Part shown: one piece after another, positions 30,214 through 40,318 of the stretch
Numbering within the stretch: position 1 is the first letter of the stretch
Layout: the number at the start of each line of letters is the position of its first letter
Origin: Trueperaceae bacterium
GTDB lineage: Bacteria; Deinococcota; Deinococci; Deinococcales; Trueperaceae
DNA length: 64,000 nucleotides
Assembly: GCA_965213705.1 (NCBI GenBank)
Contig: OZ243913.1
Span: 2,016,001 to 2,080,000, forward strand
Direction: 5' to 3'
Program-made: the position numbers and the translations under genes
The notes under the pieces: model-generated
The model's input: only the letters and a program-made list of their open reading frames with translations
Told to the model about the DNA's origin: nothing
The model's database searches: none

Positions 30214-30570
30214 TCAACTCGAGTCGCCGCTTTTTAGGCTGCGCCATACCTTAAAAGCGGCGACGGCCTTGGGGAAACCGACGAACATGGCCGCGTGCAG
30301 CAGGGTCTCCTTGATTTCTGTTGGCGTTGCGCCGCAGTTGAGCGCGCCGTAGAGGTGCGTTTTCAGCTCGGCCTCGCTGCCCACGCCGACCAGGTGCGCA
30401 ACCGCTAGCAATTCTTTTGTTTTCAGCTCGAGCCCGGGCCGGTCAAACACACCGTAAGCGACGTTGACGACGAGGTCGGCCAAGTCCGGGTCGAGGTCGT
30501 ACAGTGCGGCCTCCAGGGCTTTAGCCTTTTCTCCCCAAACCTGCGTTTTGACGCTCTCAGCGGTTTGTGC
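30214..30570 (-). CDS. Carboxymuconolactone decarboxylase (AhpD-like) family protein; start codon unclear
   Basis: RPGLELKTKELL, HLYGALNCG, FVGFPKA; frame is open up to the thiN stop, first ATG/GTG/TTG is TTG 30483. Confidence 0.7.
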   Translation of the reverse strand, partial: AQTAESVKTQVWGEKAKALEAALYDLDPDLADLVVNVAYGVFDRPGLELKTKELLAVAHLVGVGSEAELKTHLYGALNCGATPTEIKETLLHAAMFVGFPKAVAAFKVWRSLKSGDSS

Positions 30571-31221
30571 TTACCTAAACTCGGCTCTTAAAGTGGGTTC
30601 GATAACCAGGGTGACGAGTCCGGCGTCCACGGTGACCCTGAGCGGCGGCTCGGCGACGCGGTTGGACACACCCAAACCGACGCCAAAGGGGAGAGGGGCG
30701 CGCTCGAGGTCGAACTGAGACCCCCGCACGCTCACCGTCGACGTTTCGGCCAAGCTGAGCAGGCTGAAGAGTTGGCCGGGTTCCAAGGGGCTTGAGTGCG
30801 AGCTGCCTCCCGCCAGCAAAAAAACCTCTTGCCGACCGTTGTGGAGAGACACCGTCAAGCCGTCTCGAGCGTACCTAGCGCCAATAAAAACGGCGGCGAG
30901 CGACTGGTCGAAGCGTTCGCCCAGCGTCCCGACGAGTACAAGGTCTTTCGCGCCGCGCGCCACGGCTTGCGCGATAGCGAGTTCTAAGTCGAGTTCGTCC
31001 TTGTCGACAGGGTGGCGCAGACGCGGCACCTCCGCAAACCTCGTCAGCACCTCCGGTGACACCGAATCGAAGTCGCCGACGACGAGGTCGGGACGCAAAC
31101 CGAGGGAACCGGCGTGCCGCAGACCGCCGTCGGCAGCTACGACGAAGTCGGCTTGCCGGGTCTGCGCCACAAGCCGAGGCGTCACGACGACGTCGCTGCC
31201 CGCCAAGATGACGGCTTTCAT
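30571..31221 (-). CDS. thiN: Thiamine diphosphokinase
   Basis: AADGG, VGDFDS, DKDELD, GLGVSN. Confidence 0.9.
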   Translation of the reverse strand: MKAVILAGSDVVVTPRLVAQTRQADFVVAADGGLRHAGSLGLRPDLVVGDFDSVSPEVLTRFAEVPRLRHPVDKDELDLELAIAQAVARGAKDLVLVGTLGERFDQSLAAVFIGARYARDGLTVSLHNGRQEVFLLAGGSSHSSPLEPGQLFSLLSLAETSTVSVRGSQFDLERAPLPFGVGLGVSNRVAEPPLRVTVDAGLVTLVIEPTLRAEFR

Positions 31222-31242
31222 ACCGTTACGTCCAGACTCTCA

Positions 31243-32241
31243 CTACACCGTCTCGGCAGCGGCTTCGGGCAGCTCGAGCCAGGCCTGCGCGGGGATGTCC
31301 AGTGCAACCCGGTCGCCGACCTTGAGTGCGGAGGGCAGTTCGCGGGTGTAGCCCTGCCAGCGCAAACTGAGCCCGAGTTGCGGGACGTTGAGCCACAGCT
31401 GGTGGACGCCCCCCAACACCTGGTGGGCCTGCACGTCCGCGGTATACGCGCCGCGGCCCAAACCGACCAAGTCGGTGCGCAAGACCGCCGGGCCGCCGAG
31501 TTGCGGCACGCGCTCGAGCTGCCGGGCGCTGTAGAGGTTGGGGTGACCCAAAAACTGCGCGACCCAGCGCGTCGCGGGTTGGTGGTACAGCTCGTTCTGG
31601 CGCGCCACCTGGATGATTTCACCCCGCCGCATAACAGCGATGCGGTGGGCCAGGGCGAACGCCTCGCCCTGGTCGTGGGTTACGTAGACGGCGCGGATGT
31701 CAAGCTTGGACAGGATAAAACGCAGTTCCCGTTTGAGGTTCTCGCGCAGGGTCATGTCGAGGTTGGAAAGCGGCTCGTCGAGCAGTAGGATGGGCGGGCG
31801 CGGCGCCAAGGCTCGAGCCAGGGCGACGCGCTGCTGTTCGCCGCCGGACAGCTCATAAATGCGCCGGGCACCGTAGTCCTTCAGGCCGACGAGGTCCAGG
31901 AGTTCCGCGACCCGCTCCCGCTTGACCGCGCCGCTCATACCGGTCAGTCCGAACATGACGTTCTTGGCTACGCTCAGGTGGGGAAACAGGGCGTAGTCCT
32001 GAAACACCATCCCAAAACCGCGCGCTTGCGGGGTGGCGTGGGTGATGTCGTCGGTCCCCAAGCTTATTCGGCCCCCGTCTACGTCTTCCAAACCCGCGAT
32101 AAGCCGCAACAACGTACTCTTGCCGCAACCCGACGGGCCGAGCAAGGCCAAGGTTTCACCCTCGGCCAACTCTAAAGACACGTTGCGCACGGCCTGGACC
32201 GCACCGTACCGTTTGCTGACGTTGTCTAAACGCAGGCTCAT
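31243..32241 (-). CDS. ABC transporter ATP-binding subunit (Fe3+/thiamine/polyamine class)
   Basis: GPSGCGKS, FQDYALFPH, LSGGEQQR, LLDEP; no permease adjacent. Confidence 0.9.
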   Translation of the reverse strand: MSLRLDNVSKRYGAVQAVRNVSLELAEGETLALLGPSGCGKSTLLRLIAGLEDVDGGRISLGTDDITHATPQARGFGMVFQDYALFPHLSVAKNVMFGLTGMSGAVKRERVAELLDLVGLKDYGARRIYELSGGEQQRVALARALAPRPPILLLDEPLSNLDMTLRENLKRELRFILSKLDIRAVYVTHDQGEAFALAHRIAVMRRGEIIQVARQNELYHQPATRWVAQFLGHPNLYSARQLERVPQLGGPAVLRTDLVGLGRGAYTADVQAHQVLGGVHQLWLNVPQLGLSLRWQGYTRELPSALKVGDRVALDIPAQAWLELPEAAAETV

Positions 32242-32747
32242 AAGAGGATTCACTATAACGCCAAGTCCGGGCGGCAACGCGCACGCTCCAACACAGTCCC
32301 TAAGCGCAACCTAGTTTTAGAAATCCACCGTCAGCGTGACTATTTCTGCAGAAATGCAAACTTTACCCTCCGTTTTGTAAATTTTCTAACTTCGTTGTGG
32401 TAAAGCGGTGTAGGCTTTTGCACACGACGGCTGTTTTTCATGTTCTTCATAAATTTCCAAGATAGGGTCGAATTCGGTTTGGGTCCGCACCTGCGAGCCC
32501 TACAAAACTCATGAGGAGGACGCCTGTAGAACACTTTTAGACGACAAAGCGTGTAGGGGATCTTCCCCGAGCGGCGACGACACCTGTCCTTCTACATGGG
32601 CGCTTAAGAACAGGTCGAGCCAGTAGCGCAACCGGCTGGGGCACACTCGTACCGCTGTCTTTTCACCCCAGATTGTTTCACGCGCGAGCGTGTTGTAAGC
32701 GAGCGTCCAGACCGTAAGGTTTGGGCTTTTTCACGAGGAGTTTGGTC

Positions 32748-34997
32748 ATGTCTGATAAGTTACGTCGGCGCTGGTGCGAAAGCGTGTTCTGTTTGGTTCT
32801 TGTGGCATTTTTGAACGCTTGTGGCGGTGCACCGCAAGAAACCGTACTGCAAGAACCTATATTCGACGGTCTGGAGGTGCAAGCACGCGTCGGCGACTTG
32901 CTGGTGAGTCGGACGGCTGACCGCGGTGCCCCACAAGTGCTCGACGCGAGCCAGGTGGCGGGCAAAATTTACACCCACCTCGGTCTGAAAGACGTGCGCG
33001 AAGTCAGCTATTACCTCAACGACTTAGAACGCTCCGGCGCGCCTCACCAGCATGAAACCCTGGCGCCTTTCGACGTAGGCGGCACGCTGGGCAACGGTCA
33101 GGCCGGCGGCTTCGACACGCGTGTCTTGAAAGACGGTATCAACACGCTGACGGCGGCCGTAACCCATCAAAACGGACAAACCAAAGTCGTCACCGCAACC
33201 TTTTTGGTAACGAACGAGCCGGGTTCGAACCTGAGCGAAACCCTGCTGCTGAGCCGTTCGGCCCGGCGCTTGGACGCCGTCGCCCTGGACGGGCAAACGG
33301 TCAAGGGCAAAATGTACGTCTTCTTTGTGCCCCGCGAGCCCGTTCGGCAAGTCGACTTCTACCTGGACGGCCGGCACACCACGCGCGAGCGCCATCCCTT
33401 TTTCGACTTCGGCACGACCGCTCGAGACGGAACGTCGCACCCTTTCGACACCTCGGCCCTCACAAAGGGCGAGCACACGCTCCGCGCGGTCGTCACCCGC
33501 ACGTCCGGCAACCAAGACGAGGTGACGGCGACGTTCAATGTCGGTCAACCGAAGCCCGCCGACCCCGGCCCGACCGACCCTGCTCCTGACGACCCGACCC
33601 CGAACGACCCGAACCCAAACGACCCGAGCCCGAACAACCCGACCCCAAACGACCCTACACCCGAGCCCGAGCCGACCCCCGAGCCGGCTCCCGAGCCCGA
33701 AAGCCCGGTGCCGGGCAAGATGGCGCGGCTGCAAGTCTCTGACAACGGCCGTTACCTCCAAACCGCTTCGGGCGCGCCGCTGTTCGTCTTGGCGGACACG
33801 ATGTGGGGTCTAGCGACCCTGAGCGAGTCCGAAGCCGACTTCTACTTCAAAACTCGCAAAGAGCAAGGCTTCAACACCATCCTCGGCCCGGTCGGCTGGG
33901 GCAGCCACTTCAAAACCCCCGCGGGCGACGACCTGGACAAGCCCAAACAGGGCGACGACGCCTACTACCGCCACCTCGACATGCTCGTCGCCAAGGCCAA
34001 AAAGCACGGGCTGTACCTCGGTTTCGTGGTGCAATGGGGCAGCGCCGACCGCATGAAAAAGTTCAAAAATCCGGAAGAGGCTTACGACTACGGCCGTTTT
34101 ATCGGCAACCGTTACAAAAGCGAGCCGCACCTGTTCTGGCTCGGCGCAGGCGAGTACACCCTGGCCGACAAAAAATTCTTCAAGCACCACGCAGCGGTCG
34201 GCCGTGGCGTCAAAGACGCGGTCGGCTCGCGCCAACTCGTGACGCTCCACCCGGCCGGCGGCGAGGGTTACAAAAAGCAGTCGAGTTCTGACTTTTTCCA
34301 CGACGCCGACTGGCTCGACTTCAACTCGGTACAAACCTGGACCCACGACGCCAGCACCTTTAAGAAAATTAAAGACGACTGGAATTTGAGCCCGACCAAA
34401 CCCGTCTTTATGTCCGAAACGAAGTACGAGGGCGAAGGCTCGGACGCTTTCCGGGTGCGCCGGCTGGCCTACTGGTCGACTTTCTCAGGCTCGCTCGGCT
34501 TCGGCTACGGCCACGGTAACATCTGGTCGGGCAAGCGCGACGGCAAAGACTGGCGCGGCGCGCTGCAAGCGCCCGGGGCCAACGACCTGCGCCACCTCTC
34601 GAGCCTCGTGCGCAGCCGCAGCGAAACGCCCAACGGCAAGGTCATCTACTTCGACCGCCGCCCCGACGACGGCCTGGTCAAGCGGGTCGACGGCGGTAAA
34701 AACTCGGACAAAGCCAGCGAGCGCGGTCACGTCGCCGCCATGCGCGACGACGACGGCAGGTACCTGATGGCTTACGTGCCGACCGACGGTTCCACGCGCA
34801 GCCTCACCGTCGACATGGGTGCCATCAAGGGTGCCAAAGCCAAAGCCTGGTGGTACAGCCCGAATTCGGGCGACGCCCGCGAAATCGGCGTTTACGACGC
34901 TTCGGGCTCACGCACTTTTGACACGCCGAAAAGTGGCAAAGACTGGGTGCTCGTCGTCGACGACGCTTCCTACAACTGGACTGCGCCGGGACGGTAA
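32748..34997 (+). CDS. Lipoprotein: two Ig-like repeats, Pro-rich linker, DUF4038/GH140-like glycoside hydrolase domain and C-terminal domain
   Basis: Lipobox LNAC; SDNGRYL, LADTMW, RKEQGFN, LVTLHP, WLDFN, KPVFMSE.KYE, GYGHGNIW, AWWYSP, DWVLV. Confidence 0.75.
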   Translation: MSDKLRRRWCESVFCLVLVAFLNACGGAPQETVLQEPIFDGLEVQARVGDLLVSRTADRGAPQVLDASQVAGKIYTHLGLKDVREVSYYLNDLERSGAPHQHETLAPFDVGGTLGNGQAGGFDTRVLKDGINTLTAAVTHQNGQTKVVTATFLVTNEPGSNLSETLLLSRSARRLDAVALDGQTVKGKMYVFFVPREPVRQVDFYLDGRHTTRERHPFFDFGTTARDGTSHPFDTSALTKGEHTLRAVVTRTSGNQDEVTATFNVGQPKPADPGPTDPAPDDPTPNDPNPNDPSPNNPTPNDPTPEPEPTPEPAPEPESPVPGKMARLQVSDNGRYLQTASGAPLFVLADTMWGLATLSESEADFYFKTRKEQGFNTILGPVGWGSHFKTPAGDDLDKPKQGDDAYYRHLDMLVAKAKKHGLYLGFVVQWGSADRMKKFKNPEEAYDYGRFIGNRYKSEPHLFWLGAGEYTLADKKFFKHHAAVGRGVKDAVGSRQLVTLHPAGGEGYKKQSSSDFFHDADWLDFNSVQTWTHDASTFKKIKDDWNLSPTKPVFMSETKYEGEGSDAFRVRRLAYWSTFSGSLGFGYGHGNIWSGKRDGKDWRGALQAPGANDLRHLSSLVRSRSETPNGKVIYFDRRPDDGLVKRVDGGKNSDKASERGHVAAMRDDDGRYLMAYVPTDGSTRSLTVDMGAIKGAKAKAWWYSPNSGDAREIGVYDASGSRTFDTPKSGKDWVLVVDDASYNWTAPGR

Positions 34998-35008
34998 ACA
35001 CTTCCTAG

Positions 35009-35042
35009 CACGAGAGGACATCGGCTTCGGCGTCCTCTCGTG
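35009..35042. terminator. Hairpin between convergent genes
   Basis: cacgagaggac ... gtcctctcgtg. Confidence 0.6.
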
Positions 35043-35044
35043 TC

Positions 35045-35815
35045 TCACTCCAACCGCCCGTAATACACCTGCGTCCGGTAACGAAACGCGACCGTGGCTT
35101 TTTCAGGACCCTCTTCAGAAAATCGTTCGAACAAAGCCTCCAACGCGGAGGTCATCTCCGAATAGCGGGCGTGCTGGGGCGTCGGCATGTACGAGGACGA
35201 GGTGACGCGGCCCAGCAAGCTTTCAAAGTCGAAACTCTGCACGTTTTCAAAGCTTGCCAGGTTGAACCCTCCGGGCGCAAAAAAGTCGGTCAGTGCCTCG
35301 TCGCCGACGTTTTTGTGTGACACCTCCGCGTAGTCGGTCGCGTAGGTTTGGGTGAACGTTTCGTAACTCTCCAAAAACGGGGTGTCGGTCAGGCGCTCGT
35401 TCCAGACGAGCACGGTCCAGCCGCCGCGTTTGAGGACGCGGGCGAACTCAGGCCGCGCCCGCTCTCGGTCGAACCAGTGAAACGCCTGGCCCGCCGTGAC
35501 GAAGTCGGCGCAGGCGTCGGGCAGCGCCGTCGCCTCGGCGGTGGCGTCCACACTTGTAAAAGCGGGGTGGCCGGAAAGCAGGCGCTCACCCGCCGCGCGC
35601 ATCTCCCGGTTGGGCTCGACGCCGTAAACGGGGTTGCCGTTCTGCAAAAAAAGTTCGCTCAGCTTGCCCGTACCCGAGCCGACGTCGGCGACGACGCTCT
35701 GCGGCGTCAGGCCGCACTCGCTTTGCAGCAGCCCCAGCACCCCACGCGGGTAGTCGGGGCGGTACTTCACGTAAACATCGACGCGGTCGGAAAAGCGTTC
35801 TAGCGGGTTGAGCAT
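35045..35815 (-). CDS. Class I SAM-dependent methyltransferase
   Basis: ADVGSGTG, VEPN, AGQAFHWFD. Confidence 0.9.
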   Translation of the reverse strand: MLNPLERFSDRVDVYVKYRPDYPRGVLGLLQSECGLTPQSVVADVGSGTGKLSELFLQNGNPVYGVEPNREMRAAGERLLSGHPAFTSVDATAEATALPDACADFVTAGQAFHWFDRERARPEFARVLKRGGWTVLVWNERLTDTPFLESYETFTQTYATDYAEVSHKNVGDEALTDFFAPGGFNLASFENVQSFDFESLLGRVTSSSYMPTPQHARYSEMTSALEALFERFSEEGPEKATVAFRYRTQVYYGRLE

Positions 35816-35821
35816 CCTGAT

Positions 35822-36349
35822 TTATACCTCGAGAGCCTCGAGCCAACGCCTCATAGCCTCAGGCGAAGGCAGCCGCACGAAATTGAGATGACTATACTCG
35901 GGGTTGTTCAGAAGCGCCGTGTACCTCTCGCGTTTAGCCCGGTGCGTGCGCAAAGCCCACAAGAATAGCGAGTCGCGGCTCAAAAACTGTTCCCAAAAAC
36001 GTTCTTTGTTGCCGTTGTAAAGCTCTTCGCGCAAAAACACCCTGCGAAACGTGCGCGGGGTGAGCTGTTTGAAAACAGCAAGAAGCGGGTAGTCGAGCCA
36101 GACAAGTGTGTCGGCCCGCGCCAGCACGAGGTCTTGAACGGCGCTATAGTTTCCGTCGGTCACCCAGGCATCGCTGTCCAGAGCGGCGTCGACGCGGCGA
36201 CGGAACTCGTCGGTTGGGAGCGCTTGCCAGCCGGCTTGCCAGTGGACAGCGTCGAGTTCGATGTGCTTTACGCCAAGCGTACCCGCCAGCCGCCGGGCCA
36301 ACGTCGTCTTGCCCGAGCCGGTTTGGCCGACAACCGAGATACGTTTCAT
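35822..36349 (-). CDS. Adenylate-kinase-like P-loop protein (topology modulation protein family)
   Basis: MKRISVVGQTGSGKTT, WVTDGNY, ADTLVWLD; ATG overlaps the upstream stop. Confidence 0.85.
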   Translation of the reverse strand: MKRISVVGQTGSGKTTLARRLAGTLGVKHIELDAVHWQAGWQALPTDEFRRRVDAALDSDAWVTDGNYSAVQDLVLARADTLVWLDYPLLAVFKQLTPRTFRRVFLREELYNGNKERFWEQFLSRDSLFLWALRTHRAKRERYTALLNNPEYSHLNFVRLPSPEAMRRWLEALEV

Positions 36350-37230
36350 TCCAATAGGATAGTGGGCTCGAGCGCGACCTCCGCCTTTTCTCCGTCCGAC
36401 GTTTTCCAGGCGTAGGCCATGTGCGGTGCGTTGAAGCCCACGCACACGCGCCCGTCGGCGGTCGCGCAGATGAGGCCGCCGCTGCCGCCGAACCGCTTCA
36501 CGTCCGCAAGCGCCCTCGCCACGGCTTCTTCTAAAGCTTCGCCGCGCTCGAGCCGCAGCGCCACGTCCTTGGCCGTCACCGCCTTCATAAAGGCCTCGCC
36601 CTTGCCCGTGCAGGAGATGGCAATTTGCGGCGTCGCGTAAGTCCCCACACCGATGAGCGGCGAGTCGCCGACCCGCCCCGGCCACTTGCCCAAGACGCCG
36701 CCCGTGCTCGTCGCGGCGGCTAAGTTCCCCGCCTCGTCCAGCGCCACCGCGCCTACTGTCGCCGAGCCGACCGGCCCGGCGTTTTGTTCCCGCCAGCGCT
36801 CCAAGGCGGCCCTCGTCCGCTCGGTCAGCAACACGGCGTTGTCAACGGGATTAGCAACGAGCGCGTCCGCCCCCGCGCCGACGAAAAAAACGTGCGGCGT
36901 CTCGGAACGCACCTTGTCGGCGACGAGAACAGGGTTTTTAGCCTTCGTCACACTCGCGACCGCGCCGCAAGACCCGTCCGAGAGCATGACGGCCGCGTCG
37001 CACTCCACCACGCCCTCGCTCGTCGGTGAGCCGCCCGTGCCCGCGTTGAAAGCGAGCGGGTTGTCCTCCATCAGGGTGATGGCTTTGAGGACGGCCTCGA
37101 GCGCGCTGCCGCCGGACTCGAGTACAGAAAAGCCCGCGTTTCTGGCCTCGAGCAGGCCTGCTTGGTAGTTGTCTCTGTCCTCTTCCCGAATGGTGCCGGA
37201 GCCGCCATGGATGAGCAGGGTGATGGGCAT
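36346..37230 (-). CDS. iaaA: Isoaspartyl peptidase / L-asparaginase (Ntn hydrolase)
   Basis: IHGG, FNAG, TVGAVA, ATSTGG, GRVGDSP, TGKGE. Confidence 0.9.
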   Translation of the reverse strand: MPITLLIHGGSGTIREEDRDNYQAGLLEARNAGFSVLESGGSALEAVLKAITLMEDNPLAFNAGTGGSPTSEGVVECDAAVMLSDGSCGAVASVTKAKNPVLVADKVRSETPHVFFVGAGADALVANPVDNAVLLTERTRAALERWREQNAGPVGSATVGAVALDEAGNLAAATSTGGVLGKWPGRVGDSPLIGVGTYATPQIAISCTGKGEAFMKAVTAKDVALRLERGEALEEAVARALADVKRFGGSGGLICATADGRVCVGFNAPHMAYAWKTSDGEKAEVALEPTILLE

Positions 37231-37298
37231 GAATGATTGTACTAAAACTTTGCATAAATGAAAGAAAACGCTAAAACATACTTATGTTAAAATGAGCT

Positions 37299-37562
37299 AT
37301 GGCAACCACAACTGATAAAAAACGCACCACCGTCTATATGGCCCCCGACGTGCTCGAGTTCCTCGGCATTCGCCGCGCTAAAGGCGCGGGCAGCGTCTCG
37401 CAACAGCTCGAGGACTTAGTCCGCGAACAAATGCCCCGCCGCCTCAGCGCTGAAGAGGTTAGCGCGTTGGAAGCTCGAGACATAGGGGGCTATCAGGCGC
37501 AACCGCAAACACAGGACGAACTCGCCGCCTGGCTCGGGGAGCAGGTCTGGGCCGAGGAGTGA
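37299..37562 (+). CDS. Putative antitoxin (ribbon-helix-helix-like)
   Basis: KKRTTVYM N-terminus, acidic Trp-containing tail; GTGA overlap with the toxin gene. Confidence 0.75.
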   Translation: MATTTDKKRTTVYMAPDVLEFLGIRRAKGAGSVSQQLEDLVREQMPRRLSAEEVSALEARDIGGYQAQPQTQDELAAWLGEQVWAEE

Positions 37563-37882
37563 AGCGCGGCGAGGTCAGGTGGTATACCTTCAAAGCCCCC
37601 GACAAACGCCGCCCCGTGCTGGTATTGACCCACAACAGCAGCATCGGAGTCTTGAGCGCTCTAACCGTGGCACCCATCACCTCGACCGTTCGCGACGTGC
37701 CTTCGGAAGTTCTGCTCGACGAGGATGACGGGCTTACGAACGAGTGTGTGGCTAACCTCCACAGTTTGCAAACGGTGCCGAAGGCTAACCTGGGACCGCT
37801 CGTCACGACGCTATCTGAAGAGCGGATGCGGGAGGTCGAAAGGGCTGTTCGGTTCTCTCTCGGATTCGAAGAAGTGTTGTAG
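37559..37882 (+). CDS. mazF: MazF/PemK family endoribonuclease toxin
   Basis: MKRGEV, KRRPVLVL, VAPITS. Confidence 0.9.
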   Translation: MKRGEVRWYTFKAPDKRRPVLVLTHNSSIGVLSALTVAPITSTVRDVPSEVLLDEDDGLTNECVANLHSLQTVPKANLGPLVTTLSEERMREVERAVRFSLGFEEVL

Positions 37883-37942
37883 TTGCTTGCGGAAACCAGC
37901 TTAGCGAAAATCACAAGCCACTCTCGCCACCACTTGCAACCC

Positions 37943-39091
37943 TCAGGTCAGCGCGTGCGGGTCGAACAGCCGCGCGTACTCGTCGCCGGCAAAGCGGTCG
38001 GTCATGCTCGCTAAGTAGTCGGTCACCGCCCGCACCAGCCCGCGCACCTCGGCGGCCTGTTGTACGTCGGTCGGCAGCATCGTCGGCGCGGCCACGTAAG
38101 CCTCGAAGATGCGCGCCAGGATGTGGTCGGCCTTTTTGGTCATGCGGATGAGCCGGTAGTGAAAGTAAAAGTTCTGGTAGAGAAAGTTCTTCAACTCGCG
38201 CAGCCGCTCGCGCATCTCGGGCGAGGAGGCGACGATTTTGTGCTCGGCCCCGCGCACGTCGTCGATAGAAGCGATGTTCAACTCTTTTAAGCAAGCGTCC
38301 GTATGGTAAATCGCGTCTTCGATGACTTTACCCAGCAGTTCACGGACGAGGACGTAGCGCTCCTGGTTGGTAAAGCTGCCGGGGTTTATCTCGAGTTCGG
38401 CCAGCAACGCCCCGACGAGTGGAATATCGGCAATCTGTCCCGGCGTCAAGATGCCGCTGCGCAAGCCGTCGTCGAGGTCGTGCGCGTTGTAGGCGAGTTC
38501 GTCGGCGATGTTGACGACCTGCGCTTCTAAACTCGGCTGTTTGTCGGGCTCCCAGTCCGGGGCGGGCAGGTCGTACTCGGTTTCGTGTTTCATGATGCCC
38601 TCTAAGGTTTCCCAGGTCAGGTTGAGGCCCGGAAAGTCCGGGTAGCGCTCTTCGAGTTCGGTTACCACGCGTAGAGACTGTTTGTTGTGGTCGAAACCGC
38701 CGACCTCTTTCGCCAGCCGGTCGAGCGTTTTTTCCCCGGCGTGGCCGAAGGGCGGGTGGCCCAGGTCGTGGGCCAGCGCGATGGTCTCGGTCAGGTCCTC
38801 GTTCAGCCCGAGCGCCCGCGCCACGCTTTTGCCGACCTGGACGACCTCTAAGGTGTGCGTCAGGCGGGTGCGGTAGTAGTCGCCCTCGTAGTTCACAAAG
38901 ACTTGCGTCTTGTACTCGAGCCGCCGGAACGCCGAGGTGTGAACCACGCGGTCGCGGTCTTTTTGGTAAGCGGTCCGGTAGCCGCTCTCGCTTTCGGCGT
39001 GAACGCGGCCCCTGGTGCGACCGGCCAAACTCGCGTAGGGCGCGAGCGTGATTTGTTCGTTGGCCTCGAGCTTCTCCCTGGTGTAGAGCAT
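37943..39091 (-). CDS. dgt: Deoxyguanosinetriphosphate triphosphohydrolase (HD domain)
   Basis: FRRLEYKTQVF, RTRLTH, HDLGHPPFGHAGE, DYLASMTD. Confidence 0.93.
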   Translation of the reverse strand: MLYTREKLEANEQITLAPYASLAGRTRGRVHAESESGYRTAYQKDRDRVVHTSAFRRLEYKTQVFVNYEGDYYRTRLTHTLEVVQVGKSVARALGLNEDLTETIALAHDLGHPPFGHAGEKTLDRLAKEVGGFDHNKQSLRVVTELEERYPDFPGLNLTWETLEGIMKHETEYDLPAPDWEPDKQPSLEAQVVNIADELAYNAHDLDDGLRSGILTPGQIADIPLVGALLAELEINPGSFTNQERYVLVRELLGKVIEDAIYHTDACLKELNIASIDDVRGAEHKIVASSPEMRERLRELKNFLYQNFYFHYRLIRMTKKADHILARIFEAYVAAPTMLPTDVQQAAEVRGLVRAVTDYLASMTDRFAGDEYARLFDPHALT

Positions 39092-39190
39092 GAATTATCG
39101 TAGCAGACAGGACGGGAATGGGTAGGGGCGCACCCGAGAAAAGGATACGGGTTGGACAAAACCCCTTGTCGGGGATTGACATAACTCTTT

Positions 39191-39307
39191 CGCGTGACAT
39201 TGAGACAAATCGGTTTTGACCTTACCTCCCTTTTTAGGGGAGGTGGCCCTGTGGGGGTCTGCTTCTGAGCTTGCGCGTTTATCACGTCTCAATCGCTCTT
39301 GGAACCG
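39191..39307. repeat. Dispersed ~115-bp intergenic repeat, copy 1
   Basis: Aligns with 52112-52218. Confidence 0.85.
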
Positions 39308-39386
39308 CTGATAAATGTAGCCGCGTTTTTGCTTGAGCCAAGCTCGAGACTTCATCGTCTTCTCGAGACTCGTTACACTGGACCCT

Positions 39387-40163
39387 ATGAGCGAACTCAC
39401 CGACCTGCTCGACTTTGCCACCGAAACCGCGTTCCAAGCCGGACAGCTCACGCTCCGCTATTTTCAAACCGGCGTCGCGCCCGACACCAAGGCCGACGAC
39501 TCGCCCGTGACGGTAGCGGACCGGCAAGCCGAAGAACTTATCCGGGCACGCATCGAAAAAACTTATCCAAACCACGACGTGCTCGGCGAAGAGTTCGGGG
39601 GCAGCGGCGAGGGCGCAAGCCACCGCTGGGTCGTCGACCCCATCGACGGGACGAAGTCGTTCGTGCGCGGCGTGCCGCTTTACGGGGTGTTGCTGGGGCT
39701 CGAGATAGACGGCGTCGTCCAGGCCGGCGTCGCCTACTTTCCCGCCCTCGGCGACATGGTTTATGCCGCGACGGGCGAGGGTTGCCGCTGGAACGGGCGG
39801 CGCTGTTTTGTGAGCGAGGTCAAAACGCTGGACCGCGCCGTCGTCTCGTTCACCGACACGGGGAGTTTCAAAAAGTTTGGGCGCGGGCCGGCTTGGGAAC
39901 GCGTCCAGGACGCCTCATACCACCGCGTCGGCTGGTCGGACGCATACGGGCACGCCCTCGTCGCCACCGGTCGCTGCGACGTGATGCTCGACCCCGTCAT
40001 GAACCCCTGGGACTGCGGCCCGTTCCCGGTGCTGCTCCGCGAGGCGGGCGGCTACTTCGGCGACTGGGTCGGGAACGAGACGATTTACGGCGGCGAGGCG
40101 CTGAGTACGACGCGGGCGCTGTTGCCGGAGGTGCTCGAGGTTTTAGGAGAAAGGGGAGAGTAA
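39387..40163 (+). CDS. Inositol monophosphatase family protein (HisN-like histidinol-phosphatase)
   Basis: SPVTVAD, GEE, DPIDGT, WD. Confidence 0.88.
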   Translation: MSELTDLLDFATETAFQAGQLTLRYFQTGVAPDTKADDSPVTVADRQAEELIRARIEKTYPNHDVLGEEFGGSGEGASHRWVVDPIDGTKSFVRGVPLYGVLLGLEIDGVVQAGVAYFPALGDMVYAATGEGCRWNGRRCFVSEVKTLDRAVVSFTDTGSFKKFGRGPAWERVQDASYHRVGWSDAYGHALVATGRCDVMLDPVMNPWDCGPFPVLLREAGGYFGDWVGNETIYGGEALSTTRALLPEVLEVLGERGE

Positions 40164-40171
40164 GCCCCGCC

Positions 40172-40258
40172 TGTCATTCTAAACGCAGTGCAGCAAAGTG
40201 AAAGAACCTCTTTTTCGTTACCGCTCGAGAGTTTCTTTCGCTGTAGTTCAGGTTGACA
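40172..40258. repeat. Degenerate REP-like inverted repeat (TGTCA...TGACA ends)
   Basis: tgtcattctaaacgcagtg...aaagaacctc pairs imperfectly with gagtttctttcgctgtagttcaggttgaca. Confidence 0.55.
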
Positions 40259-40318
40259 AAAAGTTTGAGTCAGTTCCCGATCAGCCGACTAAAAAAGAAC
40301 GACGAACAACGTCTACCT

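Noticed and set aside
32242..32747. TPP riboswitch upstream of the ABC ATPase and thiN
   Set aside because: No CTGAGA/ACCTG-type aptamer core was found by eye on either strand
37299..39091. MazEF-like pair plus dGTPase as a defence island
   Set aside because: The dGTPase looks like the ordinary housekeeping type with host codon usage, and there are no other defence genes
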